From Chrysemys picta bellii (taxonomy: Eukaryota), in the NCBI RefSeq assembly GCF_011386835.1, contig NC_088793.1, forward strand, positions 144,336,001-144,400,000: a DNA stretch of 64,000 nt, read 5' to 3'. How positions within the stretch are numbered: position 1 is the first letter of the stretch; each line of letters begins with the position of its first letter. The position numbers and the translations under genes were made by a program. Shown here piece by piece: positions 51,246 to 63,101 of the stretch. The notes under the pieces are model-generated. The model was not told the DNA's origin. It searched no databases and was given only the letters and a program-made list of their open reading frames with translations.

Positions 51246-52023
51246 CATAGAATCACAGAATTGTAGGACTGGAAGGAACCTCAAGAGGTCATCTAGTCCA
51301 GTCCCCTACACTCGTGGCAGGACTAAGTATTATCTAGATCATTCCTGACAAGTTTGTCTAATCTGCTCTTAAAAATCTCCAATGATGGAGATTCCACAAT
51401 CTCCCTAGACAATTTATTCCAGTGCTTAACCACCCTGACAGGAAGTTTTTTCTAATGTCCAACCTGAACCTCCCTCGCTGCAATTTAAGCCCATTGCTTC
51501 TTATCCTGTCCTGTCAGAGGTTAAGAACAATTTTTCTCTCTCCTCCTCGTAACAGCCTTTTATGTACTTGTAAACTGTTATCAGGTCCCCTCTCAGTCTT
51601 CTCTTCTCCAGACTAGACAAACCTAATTATTTCAATCTTCTCTTATAGTTCATGTTTTCTAGACCTTTAATCATTTTTGTTGCTCTTCTTGGGATTTTCT
51701 CCAATTTGTCCACATCTTTCCTGAAATGTGGTGCCCAGAACTGGACAAAGTACTCCAGTGGAGGCCTAATCAGTGTAGAGTAGAGTGGAAGAATTATTTC
51801 TAGTGTCTTGATTACAACACTCCTGCTAATACATCCCAGAATTATGTTTGCTTTTTCTGCAGCGTTACACTGTTGACTCATATTTAGCTTGTGATCCACT
51901 CTGTCCCCCAAATCCCTTTCTGTGGTACTTCTTCCTAGGCAGTCATTTCCCATTTTGTATGGGTGCAACTGATTGTTCCTTCCTAAGTGGAGTACTTTGC
52001 ATTTGTCCTTATCAAATTTCATG
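51246..52023 (-). mobile_element. CR1 LINE, 5'-truncated
   Basis: ORF 51627-52022 DKCKVLHLGRNN..LIRPPLEYFVQFWAPHFRKDVDKLE; reversed tail CATAGAATCACAGAAT. Confidence 0.95.
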
Positions 52024-53176
52024 CGAGCACTTGACTAGCCACTGCTAGTACAAGGCTGCATCGTTCAATGGCACCTGTCAGCACATGTCAAACCTTGATT
52101 ACAAGTAAGTAACATTCATTTTCCTAAGCTCTGCCCACAATCCTATATCCATCTGTTTGTTGCCAAAATATATTCATAATATGAGTATCTTCACTCACCA
52201 TTCAGTAGTGGAATAGTTATCAATACTGATATTTATATTTGCATACATTATAGAATAAACACCCTTTCAGGCTACTTCCAGACTCAGGGAGACATTACTG
52301 CATCAGTTTACACATGGTTTATATTCTAAAAGTTAAATTTTCAACCATAAGAGCTAAACACTTGATGATTTATAAATGGAAGCTTAGATTCTTAATCACA
52401 AGATGAAGCCACATAGGGAGCTGCTACAAGCCAGACCAATCACTTGCTGGGGAATTCAAATGCATGGTTCCTATTTCTCTCCTGAGGTCCTGATAGCTTG
52501 GTTTATAGTAATGCAGGGGGACTGGATGTAGAATGCAGTCTTGTTATCCAAGCTGACTCTCCGGTGTTACATCCTCTGCCCTGGTAAGTTGTGAATGAAA
52601 AGATTGTGTGGTTAAAGGCTCTAGGCAGGGGTCCTGTCCAGTTTTAGTGATCCAGCCAAGTTTAAAACCATGATGTAAAGGGCTCTTTAATATATAGATT
52701 GGGCCTTACCCAATGAGGTAAATGTATTGATATGTTCTCCCCACCCCCACCCGCATTTATTTATTGAACGACTCCCCAAAGAGAAAGCTGTCATCTTCTG
52801 GACCTAGTCTATTTGTTTCCAATTAAAGGTCAACTTTTATCTGTGCTGCCTAATAGTGTTTGTCATCAGAGCTGCACTGTATTACAGAATGGGAATCAAT
52901 GAATTCCCCAGACTTCAGAATTTTCTGCTAATTTGAACTCAAAATGTCATTTTCAGTACCTGCTGTCAACGTTTTGGTTTACTAATTCCTCAAAAAGTTA
53001 GATATACTCAGAGGAAGAATTCTGTCAGCCCCATTGCTCTGTATCATGTTCCAATACTAGCTGCTTCTGCATTAGTATTTTGCAGTCAACAGACTTTAAG
53101 GTTCTGCTTGAAGAACTTCACTTACAGGTGAGTAACTCTTCCTTGTTCAGCTTTTATCAGTTTTTACTACTGGAAT

Positions 53177-53198
53177 TGTGTGTGTGTGTGTGTGTGTG
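53177..53198. repeat. (TG)11 microsatellite
   Basis: Read directly. Confidence 0.9.
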
Positions 53199-53223
53199 TT
53201 TTCTTTGGAAAATTTCCCCACCA

Positions 53224-53645
53224 TATGTGCCGACACTGTGGGTGTTCGGGGATCAGACACCCACCAAAAAAAAATAGAGGGTGCTCAGCTCCCGCAGGGC
53301 TGGATTAATCTTTTGTGGGCCCCAGCGCCCAGACTGTGGCCCTGCCCTGAGGCCCCTCCCGCACTCAGCCTCTTCCCCCTGAGGCCCCTCCCCATTTAGC
53401 CTCTCCCCCCAAGGCCTCGGCCACCACTCACACGGGGGAGGCGGCAGAGAGGAGTGAGTAGGGAGAGGGAGTGGAGTGGAATGAGCAGCAGGTGCGGCCT
53501 TGGGGGAAGAGGCTGAGCAGGGGTGGGGTGAGGGCAGGCGAGGCCACAGTCCAGCCCCTGGGTCCCCTTCTGTGTGTGGGCCCGGCACCATTGGTTTCAT
53601 TTAAAACCCAGTACTGAGCACCCCTGAGCCACAGCGTTGCTGACA
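53224..53645. mobile_element. GC-rich, probably nested hAT-like MITE remnants
   Basis: GGGTGCTCAG / CTGAGCACCC inverted motifs and an internal CAGGGCTGGATTAA terminus-like start. Confidence 0.45.
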
Positions 53646-53960
53646 GTTTCATCCAGAAGCTACAGTGAGACTTAATGTCTTTAAACTGGGACAAAGGTGA
53701 AGGCAGTGTGTACGTGAATGCAATGATTTTAATATACTGTAATTCATGATAATGTAATTATGTAGCACATTACTATTTTAATAATGAGCAAATTAAGATA
53801 CCAGTGATGGACACACATTCAGTAACTAGAATATGAAAGAAATGTATAAATATGATGAAAATAGCCTCTCCCCCCAAAATTGGCAGAGCTCCCCCCCAAC
53901 ACATGCATCTCTTCAAGAGCCCCCACTGACAAAAACAAAAGTCAATGCCTGTGCTCACCA

Positions 53961-54468
53961 CCTAAGTTCCCTCTAAACTGTACGGCCGTGCAGCTGCCTA
54001 TTAAGTGCCACGCAGGTGCTCAGGGCTGCGGTGGGGAAAGATGCCCCGGCCCTGCCCCAGCCCAGCCCCAGACCTGCCACGCCGGGGACAGATGCCCAGC
54101 CCAGCCCAGCCCCGTACTTGCCATGGCCGGGGGACAGGTGCCCCTCGCCCTCCCAACTCAGGTGCTGCTTTGGGAAGAGAGCTGGGGGGGGGTGTCCTCT
54201 TCCCACTGTAGCCCTGGGGAGCCCCACTGAACCCCAAACCTCTCATCCCCATTCCAGAACCCTCACCGGAGCCCTTCCCCCCTGCACCTCAACCCTCTGC
54301 CCTAGCCCTGAGCCCCCTCCCACACGCCGAACCCCTCAGACCTATCCCACCACATAAATTTTATGAGCACCAATATGGAGGTGGTATATCACAAATTTCA
54401 TTAACAAATTTCATCATCAATAACAAAATTCATTCCCCACATGTGTGGAAAAAATTAGAGGGAACACA
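53961..54468. mobile_element. Non-autonomous hAT
   Basis: GTTCCCTCTAA / TTAGAGGGAAC inverted ends; perfect 8-bp TSD GCTCACCA. Confidence 0.85.
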
Positions 54469-56485
54469 GCTCACCACTCAGGGATGGATACCTGCTGACT
54501 TTGTGTTTTTGTCCATTAAATACTTCTCTGAAATACATATACATGGCCACATGATGGCACTAGTCACCCACATTTGAAACAGAAGAGCCCATGTCTAGTA
54601 AGGGAAAACCTAGGTTCAAAAGTACCTGAGAATTAAGGATAATGAAATCCATTTGACAGTCTAGTACATTATGGAATGAAAAATTATAGACACTGGTATG
54701 CATGTTTAAATATATGGATTTACAAAACAGTAATTTACCAGACTTTATCATATATTCTTATTTATTATAAGTATCTGTTTAGCAACCAGTTTTCTCTGTA
54801 CAAAACATGGTCCCTGAAGAATTTATAACATGTATGGTTCGAAGCCCATAGTCTCGTGCAGAGATCTCAAATGGTGGTCTGAGAGCTCCATTCAGGTGGT
54901 CCACGGATAGTTCCCTCTAAGGTGTGTGCCTGGGTGGCCACACACAAGAGAATGAAGGGCCACCTGCTTAATTAGTGAATCCGCGCTTTCACCTTAGATA
55001 TAGGCTTCTGTTAGCTTAGGGTCCTAGTAAGGGACCCAACACTTCAAGGTGTTAAGGCTGTGCTGCCTGGTGCTGAGTGCCTTCATTTCCCATGGACTTC
55101 AGTGGGAGCTGAGGGCAATCAGCATCTTGCGGAACAGTCACAGTCCCTTTTGAAGTTTTAGGCCTAATAATTAGGCTAATTGTTGACACTGATTATAAAT
55201 TAGCTATCACTTCATCTCCTAGCAGCCTTAGCATCATTTTTAAAAATTGTTTCCTACACCCATTAATTTCCTTTAATTGCTTTTAGTGGTCCATAATTGT
55301 CAAATATCTCTGAGATCTTATAATCCTTTCAGTCAGGTGTGGATAAGGTGGTAAACCAGATCCCCAATTAGTGTCAACTGGTGTAGTCCATAGGACTTCA
55401 CGTGAGGAATAGGGATTTGCCTGTGTAGATCATACTGAAGGAGCAAATTCTGTCTTCTAGGTTGCAAGTTTTTTGTGGTAGTCTCTCTCTTGTGTTGTAT
55501 ATAGCACAACGCACACTGTTTACACTAAACAAGGAATACATAATTCTGTGTTTTGTCTGTAAGGACTGATGGAAAGCATCTTTTGCTCACTCAGATGTTA
55601 GTGATGTTATTAACAATTGGCCAAGTATCACAGAATTATGAACTTAGAACGTCAGATAAGTGAAGTAAGGTTTGGTTTACACTCCCCTTAGCCTGTCATT
55701 TTTTCTGAACGTGGACTAATTCAGATCAGATTGAGACTTTAAAAAAATAATCACACGTCATTTCATGATAGCAAGTTAAAAGGGTAAAACTACTTATAAA
55801 TAACTGCTCCTCCCCCAAACAAATAAAATAAAAGCACGCACCCACTTCAAGAGAAATATATTTCTTTTAAAACATGTAATTGGATACTTGGGATACTCAA
55901 TGCTGCAAACTCTTAAGCATATGTAACTACATGTGAATAAACTTTACACATATAATGTAAGTATCTTTAGGATTGAACTCTTAGATTGTAATCTCAGCAG
56001 GGCAGGGATCCTGTTCCGTCTCTGTGTTTGCAGAGCATGCTAAACAGGGCATCAAGTCCACATCAGGACCTCTGTATTAAATCAGAAAGGTCAGTTACTA
56101 GAGAAGGCCTATTGCTACACTATTATACACCACTCAAATGACACAATTTGGTGCATGAATGTTGGGGTTGATTGTTTTTTCCTTTTTCTCTGTTTTGCAT
56201 AGGTTTAATTGATTAGTGCTTCTTGTATTTTTTTCAAAACATAGTCAAGAGACAAACAAACAGAACACTTGGTCTCTTCCTCCATATTTTTTCATCTTCA
56301 CACATTTGGGATCAGATTCTGCCTCCCTCTGCTCTCGCATTGAGAGGACCTTATTCCACCACTACATTCTACTGAGGAAAATGAGAATACTAACAGAGTA
56401 TGGTGGTATTCAACCTGGCTAAGGGAGACATCATTTATTTTCTAAATGTATCTTCTCTACCCCCTACCTCCCTGTCAGCTTCTGG

Positions 56486-56607
56486 TAGGATGACCAGATG
56501 TCCCGATTTTATAGCGACAATCCTGATTTTTGGGTCTTTCTTATATAAGCTCCTATTACCCCCCATCCCCTGTCCTGATTTTTCACAGTTGCTGTCTGGT
56601 CACCCTA
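56486..56607. mobile_element. Small hAT MITE
   Basis: TIR TAGGATGACCA / TGGTCACCCTA; TSD GCTTCTGG / GCTTTTGG. Confidence 0.85.
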
Positions 56608-57161
56608 GCTTTTGGGAAAAAGCACCATCAGTAACAAACTATTCATATTTTAAAAAGAGAAACATGCTGCTTATGTAAGGAGGAAACCTGGGAACCATTG
56701 GCCCACATGATTGTGTTTCTACAGTGCAAAGCACAATAGGGTCATGACCCATGATCAACTCCTAGCTACTAGCACAATACAAATAATAAATAATATATAG
56801 TTGTTGAGGCTTTCAGACTGTACCAGATTGATTGATTTGACAGCCCCTCCCTGACCCTACTCAACTCCCAAACCTTATATACTCAGTGCCATTGGGTTTC
56901 ATGCTCCTTTCACATTGGTTTTACACCAGTAAACCCACTGACTTCAGTGGAGTGAGAGGAGAATTAGGTGACTACCAGAAGAACCTGTTACATAAGTCTT
57001 GTAGCTGATCTCCTAGCAACAGTGTGGTAGTCCATTATGACCTGTCTTGACAATGGATAAGTCAGTGGAATTCAGTTGGTTGCATGGGTAGACACTGGAT
57101 ATTTCTATATTTGTTCCAGTGAACTCTGCTTTGAAAAAACTAAAGATCTAATGAATATTTA

Positions 57162-57248
57162 GGGCCAGATCCTCAGCTGGTGTAAATTGGTGTAGCTCCT
57201 TTAGGGTCAAGGGAACTATGCTAATTTACACCAGCTGAGGACCTGCCT
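57162..57248. repeat. Short palindromic hairpin repeat (similar degenerate units near 40975-41015, 55040-55130 and 56890-56960)
   Basis: Perfect 19-bp arms TCCTCAGCTGGTGTAAATT (57170-57188) / AATTTACACCAGCTGAGGA (57223-57241). Confidence 0.8.
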
Positions 57249-58279
57249 CAAACTGTTTTCCCCTTCAAGTAGGAAATGATCATCCTTCAGTTTACCTCAG
57301 AAGTGTCTGTACTGTATGTGGAGCCTGATTTTAGTGCAGTCTGCAAGAGGGAGGGAATGGTTTACTGAGTAGGAGAGACTGCGACAGATGTTTTGAGACA
57401 GAATAACGGTAAGCATTTTAAGAGCTAGTTACATGAATTTCTCCTAAAATTACAAACATGCTTTGTGTCTTTTAGGTTCTAGAAGTACAGAACATGGTGC
57501 TGTACAAGTTCATCTTAACCAATAAACAGAGTGAATTAACAAAAGTACAGTTTCACTGAACTAGAAGCAACCAAATCTGAGGAGAAGTTTGAACAGAACT
57601 TTTTATGGTTTTATTAGTAATTTATAACACCAGGCAGAGAGAGAGTCTGAGTTCTATGCAGCATATGGTCTGTGTTAGAAGCAGGTTGGATGAGCTCATA
57701 AAACCAGCCCTTTCCCAGCTACCTTCTCAATATGAGTTTCCCAGGAGTTCAGCAATGTTCAGATTTAAGGTTTCCGTTTGGCTACTGTGGAGAAGATGGC
57801 CCAGCCTCAAACTCTGAATCTGGCTCCTAACTATACTCCAAAACCTGAGCATCTTTGGATCCAGGGCTTTGTTTCATGCTCATCTCTACTTTTTATCATT
57901 TACACTGTTTTATTTACTTCTTTGCATTTCACTCACCTTGGGAAATGAAGCTAGATAAGTCATTTTCACTTGCTGATTCTCATGCCTTAATACAACAGAA
58001 TAATGGTTGGGTTGCAAACACTGGAGGAAAATGGTTAAATCCACACAACAAATCATTCATTGAAATAAATAAATGATGAAAACATTTCTGCTCATGCAGA
58101 ATGGGTCTTGGATGCAAAATGGCTCATGCAGAGTAGTTCTTGCCAAGAGCTATTGTAGCCTGCTGTTCAATATACTGTATATCAGGCACCTCTGGATGAC
58201 ATTTCTAAACAAAGGATTACGATATCTGATGTAATGCTGCAGCTGTATCTTGCCCCAGGAAGCCTGCAAATTGAATCAC

Positions 58280-58650
58280 TTCTGTTCTCCCTGTCTCATA
58301 ACACAAGACCCAAGCGGATATTCAATACAAGGTGGCAAACTCAAAACTGATAAAAGGAAATATTTTTTTCTCACATAGCACGCAATTAGACTGTAGAACT
58401 CATTGTCACAGGATGTCACTGAAGCCGAAAACTGAGCAAGTTTAAAGGAACTGAACATTTCTATGGATAATAAGAAGAGCCAGAGTTGCTAATATACATT
58501 TTGGAGAAGATATTAGGCTTCAAGGCTTAAGCCAGTCTTTACTGGCAGTTAGGAGGTTTTTTGCACCTTTCTAAGAAACATCTGGTACTGGCCACAGTGG
58601 GAGAACACATCCTGAATTACATGGAGCATGGATCTGATCCTGGATGGCAA
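58280..58650 (+). mobile_element. CR1 LINE 3' relic
   Basis: CTCAAAACTGATAAAAGGAAATATTTTTT..GAACTCATTGTCACAGGATGT matches the CR1 ORF2 end. Confidence 0.7.
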
Positions 58651-60750
58651 TTTCCATTATATTCCTTTGTATGTCTGGAGGAATGTCTAGATGACATTGA
58701 CAACTGGATGTATTGGAGCTTTTAAATAAAGTGTTGATAAAAAGTCAACATTTACACACGGTAACCTAAAAGAGAGAATAAATGTGATTCTTGGAGTGGC
58801 TCTGCATATTCCCACATATGAGTAATGAACCAACCAGTGCCTCTTAACAACAGAACCTTCTCTGAGCAGTGCCTGTCACAGCACACATGTTCCTCCTCTT
58901 ATCCCTCCCCTCAGTGTCTTTGAACATTCTGAGGGTGAGGCTATATCTGGGTATGCTGTGCCTTTTACCACCTTAGCTCCCTCCAACCAGTTATACCAGA
59001 TGGAAGTGAACCTCTCTGGTGCATCAGGTCTGGGTTTTTCTACTATATTTTAATGCCTTTAGATAATTGTTATTGTTAGCTTTTAGTGTTAGTTTAATTT
59101 AGTTTAGTTTTAGGTTTGGTTCCCTGTGATGACAAAACTGAAGAAGAAGAAAACAGGATTTAAGAGATGCTCTTCTTTCCCAGCCAGCTTCCTGGCATCG
59201 GACGACCACGTTAGGTGCTCTAAGTGCCTCAGAGAAGGTCACTCTTCTTCTGGGTGTTCTCTTGGTCAGACTTCCACACCCGGAGTGGGTAAGGAAAGGC
59301 AGAATAGTCTGTATGTGCTCCTAAGCCAATGGTTTCTGGGAGATTGTTAGATCCGAAGACCAAGAGGCCTATTTCATCTCCAGCTGCCTTGTCTGGTAAG
59401 ACTAAAGTTCCTAAAGGATCCCACTGGTCTGGGTTGTCATTGGTTCCCGCTCCTGTTCCTGTTTTGTTGGATCATTCTGTTAAAGCTGCTAGGGTGTCAA
59501 AGGCATTGTCTGGTCAGTTGGTGGCTAACGACCCCACGTTTAAGCTGTTGGTTCTGAAGAAAAAGGTGAGCGAGAAGCCTGCCACTGTTAGCTGTGCCAG
59601 ATTCCAGAGGTCAGATTTTCTGGATCTGTCTGATTCTCTCATGTCCTCTGCAATTCTGACACTGAAATCTAAACCGTTTCCATATTCGGCTTCACAGCAA
59701 ACAGTTACGGAGCTGAGACTCTCTCCAGAGCCGCTGATGCCTAAACCCACTTGTTGTTCATTCCCACTTCAGTGCCATTGTTGGATCTGAAAAGGGCTAT
59801 TACAGTGGTGGCCAATGTTCACCGTTAATCTTCTGAACATTCATCGGATCTGAATGAGAGACTGTTGGGGAAGAAGAAGAGAGAGGCTTTGATAGATCTG
59901 AATTTGCTTCATCTGAAAAAGGGGTAGATTAGAAGATTATTTTGAATCTGTCTCCAGATCCATCTTTGCCTCCTTCTCCTACTACTCCTGTAAGTTCACC
60001 AGGCTGATCCTTCTCACCTTTTATGTCTCTACACCCGCTGTTGCTTTCTCTGATGATAGCCATAATGGGATCTGAGATTGGATCCTCAAAAGAGGATAGA
60101 GGGAGAGTGAAAAGACTTGAACCATCCAAATTTTTGCCACCTAAGTCTGGGTTTCCTCAGTCTTTTGGAGCATTCCTCCTATGGGTTCCAGGATCCCAAC
60201 TGTTGGAGAGACTGACAGTTCTGTTCTCCATGGTCTAATCTACCCCCAGAATTTTTGATTCATCCACCTTATGGTTGTAAAAATGATGTTCTGACTGATA
60301 AGGATCTGAGGATTATGTGGATCCAATTCTGCCAGATCCTTCTGCAGCTCAAACGGTGGATCCTGACATTTTGTCGGAAGAAGAAGAAGAGGCGTTAGTG
60401 CCTCTTTTTGAACAGGGTCAGGTGGATACTGACTTTGATCCTGATTTGTCACCTGATGAGCATATGGACATTGCTGCTGCATCATCTTTCTGAGCAACCT
60501 TTGCAATTTCACAAATTAGTGGATTGTATGGAATCCACTTTGAACTTACCTTGTTGCTGTGGAAGAGGTGCCACATCCTGTATTCAACGTTCTAGGTCCT
60601 CCTTCAAGGAATAGGATGTCTTTACCCATATTGGATGCCGTTTGCAACCTGCTAAGGCTGTGTATTTTGTCAGCCTATCTAAGATAGCAGACAAATGCTA
60701 TCAGATACCTCATGACTGTTTTTCATATGTTCATACTCACTATGTTTACT

Positions 60751-60904
60751 CCACTTTTATTCCACTCTGTATGCATCCGAAGAAGTGGGCTGTAGTCCAT
60801 GAAAGCTTATGCTCTAATAAATTTGTTAGTCTCTAAGGTGCCACAAGTACTCCTGTTCTTTTTGCAGATACAGACTAACACGGCTGCTACTCTGAAACCT
60901 GTCA
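60751..60904 (+). mobile_element. Short Penelope pLTR insertion in DIRS gag
   Basis: 14-bp TSD TCACTATGTTTACT (60737-60750, 60902-60915, overlapping the element end by TCA). Confidence 0.92.
60773..60812 (+). ncRNA. Minimal hammerhead motif (U4C core, G-U closing pair in stem II)
   Basis: GCAT CCGAAGA A GTGG GCTGTAGT CCAT GAAA GCTT ATGC. Confidence 0.5.
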
Positions 60905-62129
60905 CTATGTTTACTGTTCCTCTAACAAGAGCCAGAAGGATGAGCAAATTACATGCCTTGATAGCCAATCTTCCATTTACTCTTTTTCACGAAGGACAAT
61001 GTGGTTCTTAGACTTGATCCCAGGTTTTTACCAAAAATAGTGTCGCAGTTTCACATCAGTTAATTTACCAGTGTTTTTTTTCCCCAAAGACTCATGCTAG
61101 TAAAGGGGAAAGTGCTTCACATACTTAAGATGCTAGAAGAGCTTTGGTATCTTATTTAAATAGAACAAAGCACTTTAGGAACTCTTCTAAATTATTTCTT
61201 ATGCTCAGAATGATGAAGTGTCGTTCATCTGCTCAGACAATTTCCAGGTGGGTTAAGCAGTGTATAATTGAATGTTACAAGTTAGCAGCAATTCCTATGC
61301 CTACTGTTGTGAGATCTCATTCCACTAGGGCAGTAGCAGCATCATTTGTTTATTCCTACTGGGGCAATATGTAAGGCTACGACTTGGAAGTCAGTCCATA
61401 TGTTTACTTAACATTATGCTTTGGATTTGGCTTCAAGAGAAAATGTTAGGTTTGGTGGAGCAGTGCTGCAATCATCATTTAATTAGGAATCTGTCCCACC
61501 TCCTGAGTTTTTAGCACTGCTTACCAAATTACACGTAAGTGGGAATATGCAGAGCTATTTGAAGAAGAAATGAGGTTTGGTAATTTTAACCAAAGTTCTT
61601 TGAGAGGCCTCTGCATACGCTCACTTCCTGCTCTTCTTTTCCCTTTTCTCAGAGTCCTATTTTGGTTCCTTTGTGTCAGTGGTAGAAGCAACTGAGGCAG
61701 GAGAGGGGGCAGCACCCCTTATGTAGCCTCACCTTCAGAACGTTCAGCGACAGTGAGAAGAGCAGCAGGAGGGGGCGCACTCTAAGAGGCACTGCTTGCA
61801 GAAAGTTCTACCAGTAGGCTGCACTGCACCGCCCATTACCCACACATGTGAACATGCAGTCATCTCGAAGAATTCCAGTTACAAGTATGTAACCTTTTTT
61901 ATTTTTTTCAGATGCCAGTGAGAAATAATTGATAAATACTTTTTAAATGGTTTCTTATGAATAATCTTCAACTCTAGGAAAACAGAAATCTCGCTACTGG
62001 GTTGAATCAGGTTTTAGGAGGAGACTCTTTCTTCCTTCATATTGACACTTATTGAAGAGACTTGTTCAGAGATAGTGGGCAGGTGGCTCTACCTCTTAGG
62101 TACTTATCTGTTCCCTGTTATTGTAGTAT

Positions 62130-62310
62130 CTGAGTTCCTCATAATCTTGAATGCATTTATCTGTGAGTTAAGAAAGTGCTATCCCCATTTTACAAAGGGG
62201 GAACAGAGGTAGAGAGAGACTTGCAGAAGGTCATAGAAGAAGTCTTGGGTGGAATAGGGATGTGAACTTGGGTTTCCTGGGTCCCCTTGTGCCCTAACCA
62301 CTAGACAATC
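62130..62310 (-). mobile_element. MIR/CORE-like SINE relic
   Basis: Reversed core ATCCCCATTTTACAAAGGGGGAACAGAGG..GACTTGC..AAGGTCATAG. Confidence 0.6.
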
Positions 62311-62519
62311 ATGTTATAATAAACAGATGCACTAATTTAACTGAGAACCTTAAGCATTGCCATGTTTGAACCTACCTGCATCAAAGGCTAAGCGTGGGCA
62401 GGAGCTCTTCAAAATTAGGCTAGGGCATTTGTCATTGATTATGATGTAGAGAGGATCGCTGCTACTGAATGAGAGGCAGTGGCATAGCAGTTCTACAATA
62501 TTTTAAACAATCAGCTAAG

Positions 62520-63101
62520 TGTTATTAAGTAGCTTTTACTGTAAAAGAAAGGAGCATTATGCTGAGAGTTACTGGTGACTGCACTGATCACAAATCTCTT
62601 GGGACTAGGTGTGAATGCACCTTTCAGTTTACATAACTGACTTAATCAGAAGCCCCCAGTCTAAAACAAAAGGGGACTGTGAAAAACCCTGGAGTTTGGA
62701 CTGACTGGGCAGGCAGAGAGGCTTTGATAAGTATTGTTCATTTTGCATCTGTGCGCATGATGGAAGGCAGAACACATGGAAATTGAGAACAGAGACAACA
62801 CAGAGAGGCAGAGGCGAAAAGCAAGAAAGCCAAGCACTAGCTGGTGAGCACAGTGTGCCTTGGAAAAAGCTAAAGAGAGAATTTTGGGTCTGGTTTTGGC
62901 TAAAGAGACTTTGGGGCTGTGAAACTGCGCCTTTTGGTCTTGGTTCCTCCAGAGTTCAGAGAAGGAAGACTTTGTACGTTCCTTGTAAATAAGCAAGCAT
63001 GCGCCAAAGAAAATGCCACATTCCAACAATTTCTTCTTCCAACTGGCACATCCCCAGGGCCCTAAAATTTGACTAACCACTCAGGTCAAAAAGAGGCAAC
63101 A
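62520..63101 (+). mobile_element. Possible solo LTR relic
   Basis: TGT...ACA ends and a GTAAATAAGC polyA-like motif; no matching TSD, and the left boundary is uncertain. Confidence 0.35.

Larger units (their letters stand above)
46773..52122 (+). mobile_element. DIRS retrotransposon (gag and YR, RT not seen) with three nested insertions
   Basis: Left end TTCTTCGAGTGTCCTCTGCA; gag Cys/His segment DAHALCLKCLEEGHFLSCCSIC; YR KTAFVIAITSGRRIGELRAL..HPHPRFVSKV; ICR CTCGAAGAAGAA at ~51033; right end ACAAGTAAGTAAC. Confidence 0.85.
58788..61900 (+). mobile_element. DIRS retrotransposon (gag and partial YR, RT not seen)
   Basis: The left end TTCTTGGAGTGGCTCTGCATATTCCCAC is complementary to the ICR GTGGGAATATGCAGAGCTATTTGAAGAA (~61540). 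Gag GFKRC..SDDHVRCSKCLREGH; YR YLNRTKHFRNS..TISRWVKQCI..RSHSTRAVA. Confidence 0.88.
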
